From assembly GCA_000320545.1 (NCBI GenBank), contig ADNK01000199.1:1-33186 (forward strand): a stretch of 33,186 bases of DNA, written 5' to 3'. The DNA is from Bigelowiella natans CCMP2755 (taxonomy: Eukaryota > Protista > Cercozoa). Under the pieces are notes generated by a model that was not told the origin of the DNA, ran no database searches, and worked only from the letters and a program-made list of their open reading frames with translations. Made by a program: the position numbers and the translations under genes. Shown here one piece after another: positions 13,963 to 27,008 of this stretch; the stretch's first letter is position 1, and every line of letters begins with the position of its first letter.

Positions 13963-14114
13963 TGCGAACCACAAACAAATGAGGCTTGCTTTTTTACATG
14001 ATCGAGATGTGCTAGCATGCTGCTTTAGCGCATGATTCGATGTCATTATTTGTGTCACTCTCCCGCTCCATATCCAAATCCAAATCATTGTCTTTTACAC
14101 ATATCTAGATATTG

Positions 14115-14990
14115 CTACGTCTTATTCTCCTTTTCATGTTCCGGAAGAAACCATAACGGTACCATTCCTTTGGATTTACACACACATCGAAGAAAAAGAT
14201 AACAACCACACGTTTGAGGAAAGAGAGTGATTGAGAATCCATATAATACAAGGAAAATTCAAATGCAAAGAATGTCCATTTTTCGTCTGGCTATCGATCA
14301 TTGTCATCAACAGATACCAGCGAGACAGCCCAAGGCAATGCCAATAACCGTTGCTGCATGTCGGACAGCGCGTGACTTTGCTGACTGTGTGTTTTCAATA
14401 ACCAGAGGAAGTGCACAACAAAAGACACAACTGAGGAGGAGGAAAGGGAGAGGGAAGAGAAATGTGGTAGGCAAAAGAGAGGGTTGCAGAAGAGAACACA
14501 TATTACTAGCAGCCTCTCTCTTAGTGCTACCACCTGCAACTGCGTATAAGTCATTCTAGGGTCCGGAAGACCGAGTTTCGTGGACATTTCTTCTATGATT
14601 CCTGGAGAAAGAATGATTTTATTTCTTCTCTGACCCCTCTCCCCATCCGCACCAAAGCCTGCAGCTGCTAACGTCGACAAGTGAAATCGTCCTCCTAGCT
14701 GCACGTCAATAAAATCTCCAGCTCTGATGGGAATCAAAGTGTGATCATGATCATGATGATGACTAAGAATAAAAGCAAAATGTGACTTTCTCAGGATGGA
14801 TAGACGTATTCTCTATTTTTAATATTCATTATCGTCATCGTCATCACTAGTTAGTACCAAGATGATCATAACCACCACACACGCACACACATTGAGTAAG
14901 TAGGAGTATTACGTGAGCATGATGAAATTATCCACAAATCCAAAGCAGAAGAATGGCACAGCAGACCGAATGAACAATGCCTGTGCGGAG

Positions 14991-15032
<42 letters not shown>

Positions 15033-15200
15033 ATCCCTTGTTTCCAAAATAACATCCGATCTCTCTTTCTCCCCATTTTAATATTTACGTGCACTCACTG
15101 ATTTTTATTGATTAAGTATGAAATTACATTTAGCTGCCATAATGCCGGGTCATCCTGTAGAAACACAAACAAAAACGCACACACATAATGTAAGTATATC

Positions 15201-15244
<44 letters not shown>

Positions 15245-15453
15245 AACATATATGCTCAATGGAATATTTAAAAAATTGCAGCTTTAACGTACTACGTGTG
15301 ACAGATCAAACGACAAGTTCGTTGCGAATGTTTTTTGTTGATCTTATATAGCATGATGACCCGTATTAAAGATACTGGAATCGGCTTCGAAGGCTCCACA
15401 TCACCATCAACGTTACTATGTGTCAATTGCAAAGATACATAAAAGTACTTGAG

Positions 15454-15506
<53 letters not shown>

Positions 15507-15640
15507 CCACACGAGCCTCCATATTACTAACATATGCACATGCCCAGAAGCTTTGTTTTCGACCCTCTCCCTCCTCCTCACAATTTCTTCCCTCCTTCCC
15601 CTCCCAGACTACCATCTCTCCCTCCTGGAGGGACTCTCTC

Positions 15641-15696
<56 letters not shown>

Positions 15697-16049
15697 CCTG
15701 ATGATATTACTCGACTGCAGCTCCCTGTTCATATTTTTCTCTGAATGCCGTTGACCGCATAAATCCACTACGCACAATCATCATAAGTATCATTCGTAAG
15801 CAGAAATAAAGGAATGCATAAAACATTTGTCCTAGCTGCAATACAGAAAGATGCGGATATTTGTATCAAAGCGTGTGAAGGTCTTGACTATCATCCCATT
15901 TTTGTTATCTCTAGAGTCTCGCTTAGGCTGTTGCATGCTATTTATACGCAGCGTTAAAGTTGGGTTCTGCGACCGTCTGTAAAATTTCTTGAGAAATTCC
16001 TCTCGTTCCAAGAATTTATCGAATTCCTCTGGCGATAGTACTCCGTCTA

Positions 16050-16140
<91 letters not shown>

Positions 16141-17096
16141 GCACATGAGTAACCACAGCAGCACGGTGTATAGTATCCGGTGCTGACCCTTGTTAAGATC
16201 CACTTTGTCTATATTTTGGATAAATTTGTCCTGCGTCAGCTCTTCCTCAATTTCTCCATTTCTGCACACACAATAAAAACATGGCCATTAACGGACCACT
16301 AGTATCACCTTCATCGTATGTATTCTTGGAGGAGTAAGCCTGGCTTAAACGGGGGCGAAAATTGATCTTACGATTTCTGCTGCCTGATCGAAGCCTTTTC
16401 CTTCTCATCCGTAGACCTATCCTCCGAAAAATACCTGAAACAAACGGTACTGGAGCTCAACGTAGCATTCTTTTTCTTTTTCACCCATCATCATCATCCA
16501 CGTGAAATAGTCTTTTAACTCAAGCGTCGTATCGGTTACTGAAATGCACGTAGCATTTTGGCGGAAAAGTGCGCTACCTCCCTCGTATACTAGCTGCTGC
16601 CAGGCTTGGAAAGGCCAGTAACCTCTTGGGCCAAAGCTGCCGGCATGCCCCGATCCGCTTGAGGGGAGGGAGGCCACGAACATGCATCGGAATCAAGGGG
16701 CGGAATCGATTGTGGAGGCGAGCAATCCACCTTTTAGTCTTTTTTTCATCAGTAAAACATCTGAATAGTAGTTCCAGGAAAACTTTCATCCACAAAGTTG
16801 TCGCCCATCAGATATGTACATCATTCTTTCGGGAGGGTAGTAGTTGTCGCAGCTCCAAGTTCCCCGCACACATGTATCACCGACGGCTGAATCTAGGAGA
16901 GTCCTCCTAAAAAAAAGGATGGTCTGCTGGTACCCTAACTATAAAAAGTGAGGAATCACAGGGCGTTTGGTGGATAATATACCGTTGGTTGTTGTCGCAG
17001 AGTGGAAATAGAAGTTGTGGTATCGTTGGTGTTGCTTCCGTTGCCGACGGACGGAAGCATCCGACAGAACACGATGGAAGAAGCACCCCTCTTCAT
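14115..17096 (-). CDS. TMEM65: TMEM65-family mitochondrial inner-membrane protein with an N-terminal EF-hand
   Basis: Spliced C-terminal domain SLIRALFIRSAVPFFCFGFVDNFIMLTAGDFIDVQLG...STLAAAGFG/IIEEMSTKLGLPDPRMT..Q...VIGIALGCLAGMVPLWF (stop 14115) parallels TMEM65 motifs PFIGFGFLDNAIMIVAG, STMAAAALG, RLGL.IP.L, GVTIGCILGMFPL. EF loop DLNKDGVLSPEE is split by the intron 16187-16047. An Arg-rich leader ending RGRYFS resembles a mitochondrial presequence. The start codon at 17096 is tentative. Confidence 0.88.
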
Positions 17097-17177
17097 TCTT
17101 GTCAGCTCGTCTCCACGATTGGGCGTTGGGGTCGACGGAAAGAGGGCAGCGTGCTCCTTTCTGTCACATTTAGTTCC

Positions 17178-20100
17178 ATGCTGAAGCCTGGCAGTAGAGG
17201 AGGGCAGGAACAGTCTCCTTCCCTATCCAAGTACGTACTACTAGCATTCAAACAGTGGTCACATTCCTAATGACAACTTCTACCTCTTTTTAGGTGCAGA
17301 CCAACAGTGTCATCGAATCGTTACCCAAATGGGGATGGCATTGGTGTTCGAGAGGGGGGCGTTCATGGAAGAATCAAAGACACAGGCCACATCGCTGGAA
17401 GAAGAAGCACAGACGAAAACGAACCACGCTCCGTATATGGAGAAGATGCCAGTGTTGGAGCAGCCAAAAAAGACCATCATGAAGAAGCTGCATATCTCCA
17501 AAATCTTTGCACCGAGGCAATGAAGCTTCTCAATGGTCAAATCAGCCAACTTGAAGAAGAGCACACTGATTACGGTCGTGCAGTAAACATGCTACTCACA
17601 GATATAAAGCAGCTAGCGTCTGAGCTGCAACAACGCACCGATGACATCAATGACAACGGCGATGCAGGTAAGACCTTCGAACAGAACGTAATTACTAATC
17701 TCCAGCAAACGATGACTGCACTGAAGGAGGCGGGGAGAGACCACAAAGCACAGGAGATTCTAGCGAATAAACATTCAAAACTAGTAACCAAGGAGCTGCG
17801 CCGCAGCAACGCTGCACAAGACGAGCGCAGCTTGAAAAAATATATCGAAATAATGAAGGGAATAGTAGTAAACAACAGCAGCAAGCAACAAGTGCGCGAA
17901 GGCAATGAAACATCGACCAAGATCCCACCAACAACAACACCCGGTGCTGCTGGTGCTGCTGCTGCTACTATCAATGTCCTTAAAGAGATCGGGAAGCAAG
18001 TCTCCGATCTCGTAATATCTCATACTAATAATGATGATGGTGAGAATAACGATGTCGCAGCAGGAGGAGCAGGAGGCACCTCCGGGGATCTGATGAACAT
18101 GGTGGAGAAAGGGGTTAGTAGCTTATTTAAAAGAGGGACATCTTTCTTTTCAACTGATCACCAGCGGGCACAGCTTCTCAGCCTCTTCTCGACGAAGGCC
18201 CGAGCGCAAAAAATATTCATCAACAGGGTGTGTACGCTAAGATGTGTACTTGAAAGAGCATGCGTGGTGTGGACACATGATTTCTGTGAGCCTTGTCGTC
18301 ATGTTGTGTTGTTGGTCAATCAATCGATCAGATTCGCGACACCGTAATAAAGTTTTTGCTTTTGAAGATATCTTCTTACCCAATCCCACCTATTAGAGGA
18401 GGTAAATATCTACATCGTCATGAGAGGACGAACCCCAAAAACACAACTCATATATAGTTTAATTCTATATCGACTGCCCTTACGGATGCTGCATGCTATA
18501 GACTAAAGAAAACAGCTTCATGGTTTAAAAGAGAGCGTAGGAAAATAAATTAGTGAGTCTTATAATAACAAGGTTATTTTACTTCTAAATACGGCCTGCA
18601 GAAATGAGTGGATGGAAATATTCAATATATGACATCGATTTGAAAGAGGAGAATCTAAGGATAGATCCAGACGATGTCGCAATAGTGCTCACAGACGACA
18701 AAACGGAGTTGAGAATCCGAGCTGATCCTGTACATATAAAACCAACGGTATTCTTATGTCGCCCACCCCCCTTCTCCTCTCCCCTTTTGATTCTATGATG
18801 ATGATTTGATGCCAGTGGAAATGATAATGATGATGATGATGATGATGATGAAGCATGATATTACGTTTGCAATTCACTTGCATACGATTATAATCATCGT
18901 GATCATAATGATTATTTTCATCATTATGCCCCCTACTAATAATATGCTATCATCAGCTCAAGTGGAATTGCACACAATTAGGCTTTCCCTATTGGTAAAG
19001 ACGGTGTACATCCAACCATATCATAATGCCCCTAGCCATATATTTACTCATCATCCGCATTTGCCCATCATCAGTTTATCAAACCAAATTTCAAAAAGGC
19101 AAGATGTCAAAAATATTCGCAAGCTATTGCGTCGCCAAAATAAAAGGCACAACCGATTAATCAAACTACTTTGCGTCTTCCTCAACTCCTCCCCCATGTC
19201 TAAAAGGACGGATAGCGGAAACTGCGCTGCCCACGTCGAAAGGGCGTCTGTGACCGTAACATTTAAAATCCATTGGATTTTACAGCATGAGCACAAGAAA
19301 AGATACTACCAGCTTCTTTCCAGGTCATCAATTGAGTAAAGAACGAAGGGAGCAAATAGTAGGAATGTGAGAACAGAATAAAGAGCATGCGCACTCCTAT
19401 CTATCAATTAAAGACAGCCTGTCGTGATGTGTACTCCTCTTCTCACACTTGTCGCTGCCATCATCTGTTTTCGCCCTGGTTTCAGGAAAAAGGAGAGAAA
19501 AGCAGCAGAGCGACGTCGGAGGCGAAAGCAGTTCAAACCCGCTAATACAAATATCGTGAAGAAGAAGAAGGAGGACAAAAATGATGAGGACGACGCCCAA
19601 GACGATAATTATAGTGATTGTAGTAATTATATTGGTGCGGAGGAAAAGCGTGAGAGGCTGGGAGAAGGAGGAGGAAAACCGAAGAATTTACAAGCCATCT
19701 CGAAGGCAAAGACGACAACAATGTCGCAAAGTGATGCTATACCTTCTCAGCATAGAGAGGAGAAAGAGGAGGGGGGGGATAAGCGAAGAAGGCTTGATGA
19801 TGCGACGCAAACCTTCGATGGGAACAGTAACGATAAGGATAAGAACGACAAGAAGCTCCATCATTCCCAAATACTGACTGCTGACGATGCTAATACCACA
19901 ACAACATCAATGAACATAACGATTATAACTGACAACGCCACCCAGGAGGAGAAGAAGAAAGAAAAGAAGAGAAAGGAAAAGAAAACATATGTAGAGATGT
20001 CTGATGATGCAGAGGAGGAAAGAAATAAGGGCGAACATATAGAAAGGAAGGTCAGTGAGAAGAATCGTAGGAAAAGATGTATTGGTGAGAGAGTAGTGTC

Positions 20101-20983
20101 GGACAGCGATGAACGTCATTCCTCCTCATTGTCATCATCGTTATCATCAACACCCGCCTCATCATTCATTTGGATGAAAATCAAAGAAGAGAAGAACGTG
20201 GAGCTGAAAGGCCTACATCTTAACATTTTGTCAGCAGGTGATCGACGAGCTTCTGTCTCTCCCTACGTTTATTAATAAACCAATACATCCATATATATTA
20301 TGATTTATATTGTTATTATTGTTTACCTCGAACGAATGATTCGTTCAGGTAGCAGCATTTCATCATGGATTTACAACAAATTGGCGGAGTGGTGGAGGGA
20401 GGAGCTACGAGAATACATTGAAGACTCACTCAACAAGATCTTGAGGGGTTATTCCCACATCCTCGAAGATATCTGTAACGAACACGTACATCAGCATATG
20501 GTGAGTAGGTCTCTATCGTATTTTCATTTTTTATTCACCGCTGTAACAAGAACAACAATGAGGAATAATACGCTTTTCCCGGATAGAAGGGTAGCTAACT
20601 ATGGTTAGAGCGCGTAAAGCGAATGGTGTATAAATAACAAAATATTTACAGACACACACACGAGAGGGAGAATATGCCAGTACTGTGTGAGTATATGCGT
20701 GTGTGTATGCGTGCTATTCTGCCTACCAGTATGCTGATTCGACGATATGGAATACTCAATACGACAGCAAAACTCGTTGATGATGCCGACAGACTCATCC
20801 CTACTTCTGCGGAGCAGCATAAGCTTCAATAGAGGACTGTCTACTAGTAGTAATTGTAATGGCAGTAGTAGTAATGATCACCTGCCACCGCCGCCTTTAC
20901 CTCCCTACTCTCCTAGAGAAATCCGCTCATTTTCTGCGCCTGTTCGAAGGGCTGGGGGAGGAGACGGCGAGGAAGATATTTAA
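17178..20983 (+). CDS. TULIP-superfamily (BPI/LBP-like, HAM1-like) putative lipid-binding protein with N-terminal coiled coil and large low-complexity insert
   Basis: Exons 17178-17230, 17294-18227, 18332-18401, 18602-18747, 18957-18994, 19207-19323, 19486-20237, 20349-20500, 20768-20983 (last acceptor uncertain). Motifs PIPPIRG..W.YSI.DI.L, LKW..Q.GFPY..DSG..A.V....V...F.I and VELKGLHLNIL.GS.ISSWIYNKL...REELREYIEDSLNKIL resemble BPI/HAM1-type barrels. Confidence 0.65.
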
Positions 20984-21500
20984 AGGCGCCATACCTCCTT
21001 TTGTACTACATTTATAAATTTAGTCCTCATGAACAATAAAAGTGAACAATTCAGTGATAATTGCCAAATGCCATTTATTCATGCTCGTTTTCGATTTGGA
21101 CTTCCGAGCTCCAACCTCTGGTGCGTTCATAACTCTGTAGCTTGATATGACCATCAAGATGCAGCTACTTTGTATCGACGTTGATTCTGCTGCAGCAAAT
21201 CTTGATGATCTCTTCTGGCCAAGATAGGGAACAAAGCAGATGTTACTCTGTTAATCATCAGCTCGCTTCCATTGCGAGTTTTCAGATTTCGTTTAGGTAC
21301 TAGAGATGTACAGATGCAGCTGTACGTCCGTCAAATGACTAAGGCTTATGCAGCAGTTGTAATGTCTAGAAGTTTGCACATTCTCGTTTTGCACCCGCAC
21401 ATGGATGTACGTACATGTCTAGTTTCATGTGGCTCTATGAGTTTAAAATAAATGAATATAAGCATACATCTATACTCTATGACAGCCGCAATGTAAGCTA

Positions 21501-21624
21501 GCGCTGTAGCTGCTGTTTTGTATACTACTAGACTAGCATAGCTAAATAAGGATGACCATTAAAAACATTTAATTACTTCAATTTAATTATTTCATTGTAT
21601 TCGTCACACATTTAGTTTGGCATC
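21501..21624. repeat. Dispersed repeat copy B
   Basis: Same orientation and shared blocks gcgctgtagc, catagcta, aggatgaccatt, atttaat.actt and cgtc.cacattt with 9541-9635. Confidence 0.75.
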
Positions 21625-22136
21625 CACATCTTGTCAGATTTGCGCTAAGTAATGAGGTGACTACAATGTGATGCCATGCAACGAAAGGTATTACTAGATT
21701 GTGAGCACTGCGATGCATGCTCGATGCGTGCAAAATTAGTTCATGGCCGCCATGTAGCCACTATCTAGTTGCGCACGCCGCCTTTGACAAGTGTGTTATG
21801 GTACTCATTGTTGTCACGCAGCACAATAATGAGTATGTGTGCATATTTGTACAACATTGCCAGTGGCTGGTGCAATGTATCTATCTAGTCATGTCACACG
21901 TGTCATGTGTTCAACACCTGTCACGCATTTCGATGCCACATCTCTAGCTATGAGAGAGGTCGGGCCAAAAGCGGATATCCATTCACAAGATTGATTAGAG
22001 GTTTACAGAGGGCAATTAGGGGCAATAAGAGAATTGGAGGCAAGAGAAATCATACATCGCGTTGATGACCCGTTCGCTTCTCCATGTGATCATCGTCATG
22101 CGATCGAAACACAAATGAAGAAATCAAGTTGCAATG

Positions 22137-23507
22137 CTACTTCATCGAATTGGGACGCCCAGAAGTCCTCATGCGTTGGAGCTTCTCAGCATTTCTCTTC
22201 AGTTCTTTAATCCGCTCCTCAAGTCTGAGACGACCGGCTTCTCTAATTACATCCCTGTTTTGTTTCTGGATCCTCTTTCTCAAATTTTTATTTCTCTGAT
22301 CCATCCATTGGTCATATTTGAAGTAGCCACGATTTCCTGTGGAATCTCTTATCCCTAACACTGGAAGCGATTTCCGTGGCCGCCAATGTGCGAAATCCAG
22401 GGTATTGGTGAATATCAGACAAAAGATATAATTAAATTCAATAAAATTTTTTGGAATGATCTATATTTATTATTTTTAATGACTGGACATAGTAAAACAT
22501 GTCAGTATAAATCTCCCAAATATAAAAGATTAATTTCGTATGTGTAAATCATAGCACAAGTATCTGTTTTCAACTTTTTTGAAACAATACAAACCTATAC
22601 ATAATTGAGTTAGTTTTTAGCGCACCTGTCTCTAACATCATTTCCTCATGATTTTTACTTCTTTGGACTGGTCTTCGCTGATTGACTTCGTCGATTCTTT
22701 GCATACGCCTCTTCTTCCTCGCCACTGTGAGATCCCAACGACGTTGTCTTGAAACCCTTTCCATCAAAGCAAAATGCCTCTTCCTCGTCCACTCTGCGTG
22801 CTCGTTTATACCCCAGACATCATTCGTATCCTTCAATCCGTGTTCTGAAGAAATTGCGCCAAAAGATCGCTTTTCGACGGTGATATTTCGACTATGGATG
22901 ATACATAACCACATCGAGCCGTACAGCTATCTTCCCTGAACGGGCGGTTGCTCAATTGATACGTAGTACCTTCCTCGAACATCAACTCGTCATAGGTAAA
23001 GCCAAAAGACGTGCACTTCTGCTCGTTGTATGCTTCGGTAATGTCTTCCCCATGTCTTCCATTTACCTTCGATATGCACAAGATTGGGGAATTTATGTAT
23101 CTTCGGTACGAATAAAACGGGGCAACGAAGCACGAATTGACCTCTTGCCCCCTTCTTTGGAAAGCAGCATGTTCCATCGCTTTCCAGCGTAGCTCAGGCG
23201 CAGAATTTAACTTCAATTCAGACATGTTTCCCCTTTGTTCTGGCTACAGTGTTTTTTCCTTCCTACTTGAGCTCAAGGGAGGGTGCGCGTCTCGTAGTTT
23301 GGCTTTTGGCTTTGGTCTACGGAATCTTATTTTGCCTTCGTTGCTCTTCGTCTCCCCCTTTTCCAAATAAAACCTAAAATGATAAAAATATGGGTTAAAT
23401 GGCCTACATTTCACCCATCTTTGCGAAAGCCACAACGAGCGTGCAATTGAATCTAGCTTGAATGAAGTATAATTTTGAGGAAGAGACAGCTTTTTCCCAT
23501 GTCGCAA
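22137..23507 (-). CDS. Hypothetical basic, coiled-coil-rich protein (exon structure unresolved)
   Basis: Four consecutive non-repetitive minus-strand ORFs (23244-23507, 22833-23225, 22570-22914, 22137-22361) separated by intron-like stretches, with Arg/Lys/Glu-rich helical segments. Junctions were not fully resolved. Confidence 0.45.
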
Positions 23508-23525
23508 CAGCCGAGAGCGCCACGT

Positions 23526-23670
23526 TGTTCATGAACAGATGAACAGTGAGTGCTCCTCAATTGTCCATGAACAGTGAGTGCTCCTCAGTTGTTCTTTCCT
23601 ATTGGAGTGCTCCTGAAATTGTTGTTCTTTCCGACATGTGTTTTTTAAAATTGTTCATGAACATCGAACA
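23526..23670. repeat. Short repeat array with palindrome TGTTCATGAACA (x2) and a 28-bp tandem duplication
   Basis: tgttcatgaaca at 23526-23537 and 23652-23663. atgaacagtgagtgctcctca at 23539-23559 and 23567-23587. A third gagtgctcct lies near 23605. Confidence 0.8.
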
Positions 23671-24028
23671 TTGAACATCGCATTGCATCGATGTCAGGAT
23701 GTCTTTTAATCTTTTGGCAGCTTCTTAACCTACTTAGATGTAGGTCTAACAACTAGAATAATCGTGCGAACAGCCGTGCGAACAACCCTATTTATTTCAG
23801 AAAAAACCCCTCAAAAAACAGAAAAACATGGTAAATGTCGCTATGACGCCAAATCATATGCCGCCCCTCAGTGTGACATAACTACTCGATTAGGGTAGGG
23901 GGCTGAGAAGAAGAAAAAGAAGAAGAAAGGGGAGAAGGAGATAGAGCATCCCTGCTCCGATTCATTTTTTCTTGGAGGCTTATAGGTGAACGGTGGCATC
24001 ATTGGCACGTGAAGTCCTGAAGCAGACG

Positions 24029-26092
24029 ATGCTGCCCCAAGTGCACTTCTGCGTAGCGTGGAGCTTGCTGTTTTCCATCAACTTGGTCTCTTCCTCTTCC
24101 AATGGGGAACCCAACATCAACGGTGTCATCGCATGGTTCAAAGCTGACAGTGTGGTCGGAAATGTCAGCGATCGTATCTCCACCTGGACTGACGATACCG
24201 GCAATTTAACCGTCACTCAATCCACATCATCGTACAAACCAACCTTAGTGGACGGGCTAAAGGGCCACAAGGCTGTAGAGTTCAACCGAAATCGCATGAT
24301 CGGTCCAGCGAGCACCAACATTTTTATGTCGGCAACAGGCATGACCTTGTTCGCCGTTGTTCATGACCTGCAACCCTGCAACTATGCCTATGCAGAGAGT
24401 GACGGGAAAAGGATTATTGGTATAGGCCATTATGGTGACAAGGGGATATCTGTATCTGCATGTGCTGAACATGCGTGCCTCATTACTCCAACGAACTTTG
24501 GTGGCGTAAAAACAACATCCTCATTGCCTAGTCTTGGAGATCAGCTCGGCTACGTCATCTCCTACGAGATTAATTCAACAGGTGGCTGGCAAGCTATTGA
24601 AACTGCAGGGGTTACAGCCACTAGCTCGATGAGTTTCACTGACTTTTCAACGGGGATCCACACATGTTGTCCATTTACTCTGGGATCCCAATCTAAATCC
24701 GGATATCTTGAAGCACAGAGCCGTTTCTTTTTCGGAAAGCTATCAGAGCTAATAATCTATGGGCGCGCCTTAGCTTCCGACGAGAAGCTCCAAGTTCAAT
24801 CCTATCTCGAGGAAAAATTTACGTCAGTAACCCCTTCTCCTAGTGGAAGCCCAAGCAGAAGCCCAAGCAGAAACCCAACAGCATCCCCATCTACTAGTTC
24901 CAGTCCGAGTACGAATCCAAGTACGAGCCCGAGCTGCAATCCCATTTTGAATCCTACTTTTAACCCGAGTATATCTCCATCGCTCGGTCCAAGCATTTCT
25001 ACTAGTTCCAGCCCGAGTACGAATCCAAGTGCAAGCCCGAGCTGCAATCCTACTTTAAATCCTACTTTTAACCCGAGTATGTCTCCATCGCTCGGTCCAG
25101 CCATTTTTACTAGTTCCAGCCCGAGCTGCAATCCTACTTTAAATCCTACTTTTAACCCAAGTATATCCCCGAGTTGGACACCTACCAAGTCTCCATCACT
25201 CGGCCCGTCCCATGTTCCCTCTTTGAGTCCAACATTAACTTCGTGTCCCTCGTTTGCTTCTTCTTCAGAGCCTTCTTCCTGCCCTTCGTCTGCTCCATCC
25301 ATTAGTATTTATAGCATCACACGCTCTCTCCAGGAGTCATGCGTAAGGATTCATGGTCCAAACACCTTCCTCGTCAGCGATGGCTTGACAGTGACGTTCT
25401 CCCTCACGTGCGCAACGCTTAGTAGTAGCGTGGTAGAACCACGGCTATTCAGCTGGAAATACCGAACACTTAATATGTCCGCCCCCCCCCTTTCTATGAG
25501 CGTGCAAGACCGCCAGAGCTCATGGGCAGGAGACGTCCTACAGCTTGCCGAGTCGGACTTAGATTCAATGTTTGCGAGTGGTAGTCATGTTTCAGCCGAT
25601 ATCGAAGTCCAGGCGTGTGTTCGTCTTAATGTTTCGAGTCTGCATCCAGGAGAACTCCGAATCTGTTTGGCGACTAACATCACCGCACAGCGTCACTTTG
25701 CTCCCACCATCACCCTTGAGGGCTTTGGAAGCTTAGTCTCATCTGGGCGAGAAGTCGTGCTAGCTGCAAGCGTGAATCACCACGTTGAGACCACAAACGC
25801 TAGTTTGTCCTTGGCAGACATCGCATCCTTTTCTTACCAGTGGACTATGCGACGGCTTGCGAACAGCGAAACTGCCCGCCCCGGCGCAGATATCAATTTG
25901 GTTGATATACCATCATCACAGTCGATTATTCTTAGGATTCCAAAGCACATGTTGGAGCCACAAGAAAGCTACAAAATCAGTTTCGAGGCAAACATGACCA
26001 AAGTGTACGGGATGAGCCGTGGCGTGGTGTCATTCTCGGTAATGAAGTACGGAGTATAAATCTCGTTATTAAAACTGTACAGACGTCAATTA

Positions 26093-26138
<46 letters not shown>

Positions 26139-26934
26139 TGTGGTATACACTAGTGTATGTGCGGGGGTGTGTGCGAACTTGTTTAAACGTTGTATGAAAG
26201 CAGTCGATACATACTGTGTTGGAAATGTGCATTAGGACGTACTAAGGACAATCGCCCGTGACGTTGTAGCAGGGGTCCATGGAATCTCTGAGTTTCAGAA
26301 GATTCCGGCTGACATGGCCCTTCGTTTAGATGGTGGTTTGGCGTCTCATGACCCCGAGGACGCACCCAACAGCACTTGGATCTTTCAATGGGCCTGTGTT
26401 AACCACACAGTGGCACAGCAGACGACATGCTCAGGTGCAGAAGTGACTCAAAGTGGTGCTGTCTATGCTCTCCCAGCTGAGGCGATAGCGTATTCATCCA
26501 TTCTGAACGTCACGCTAAATTTCTCCGTTATTTCCAATGGAGGCATGTTGCGGCGTTCCAGCTTGTTCGAGGCGACTTTCAGTATAATCCCAAAGGGCTC
26601 TCCATCGCTGTTTATCACGGGAACGTCCTTTATCGTCTCGCAAGGAAGCAATCTCTCCCTAACCGCCAATTTAGATGGGGGCAACAATAGCGTCAACACT
26701 GCTTCATTAACTGCATACCGCTGGGAGATAAAGAGGAATTCGTCGTCATCATCTTTATCGTCACCATCTATCATTGATGCCAATACTGCCTCGATCGTTC
26801 TGCCTGTTTCTCATTTGGTAGACATTGCGCAACCACAGCAGAAAGAGGTGGCTATCACTGCTATTGCAATTCAGGATTCTGAAATAGCACGGTCTACGGT
26901 GCGTGCCGCATAGCACTGAGCAATGTTACACACA

Positions 26935-27008
<74 letters not shown>

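Noticed and set aside
23526-23670. Possible CRISPR-like array
   Set aside because: No regular unique spacers, only 2-3 degenerate units, eukaryotic context and no cas genes.
24802-25302. 166-aa Gly/Leu-rich antisense ORF
   Set aside because: It is the reverse-strand shadow of the Pro/Ser coding repeat.
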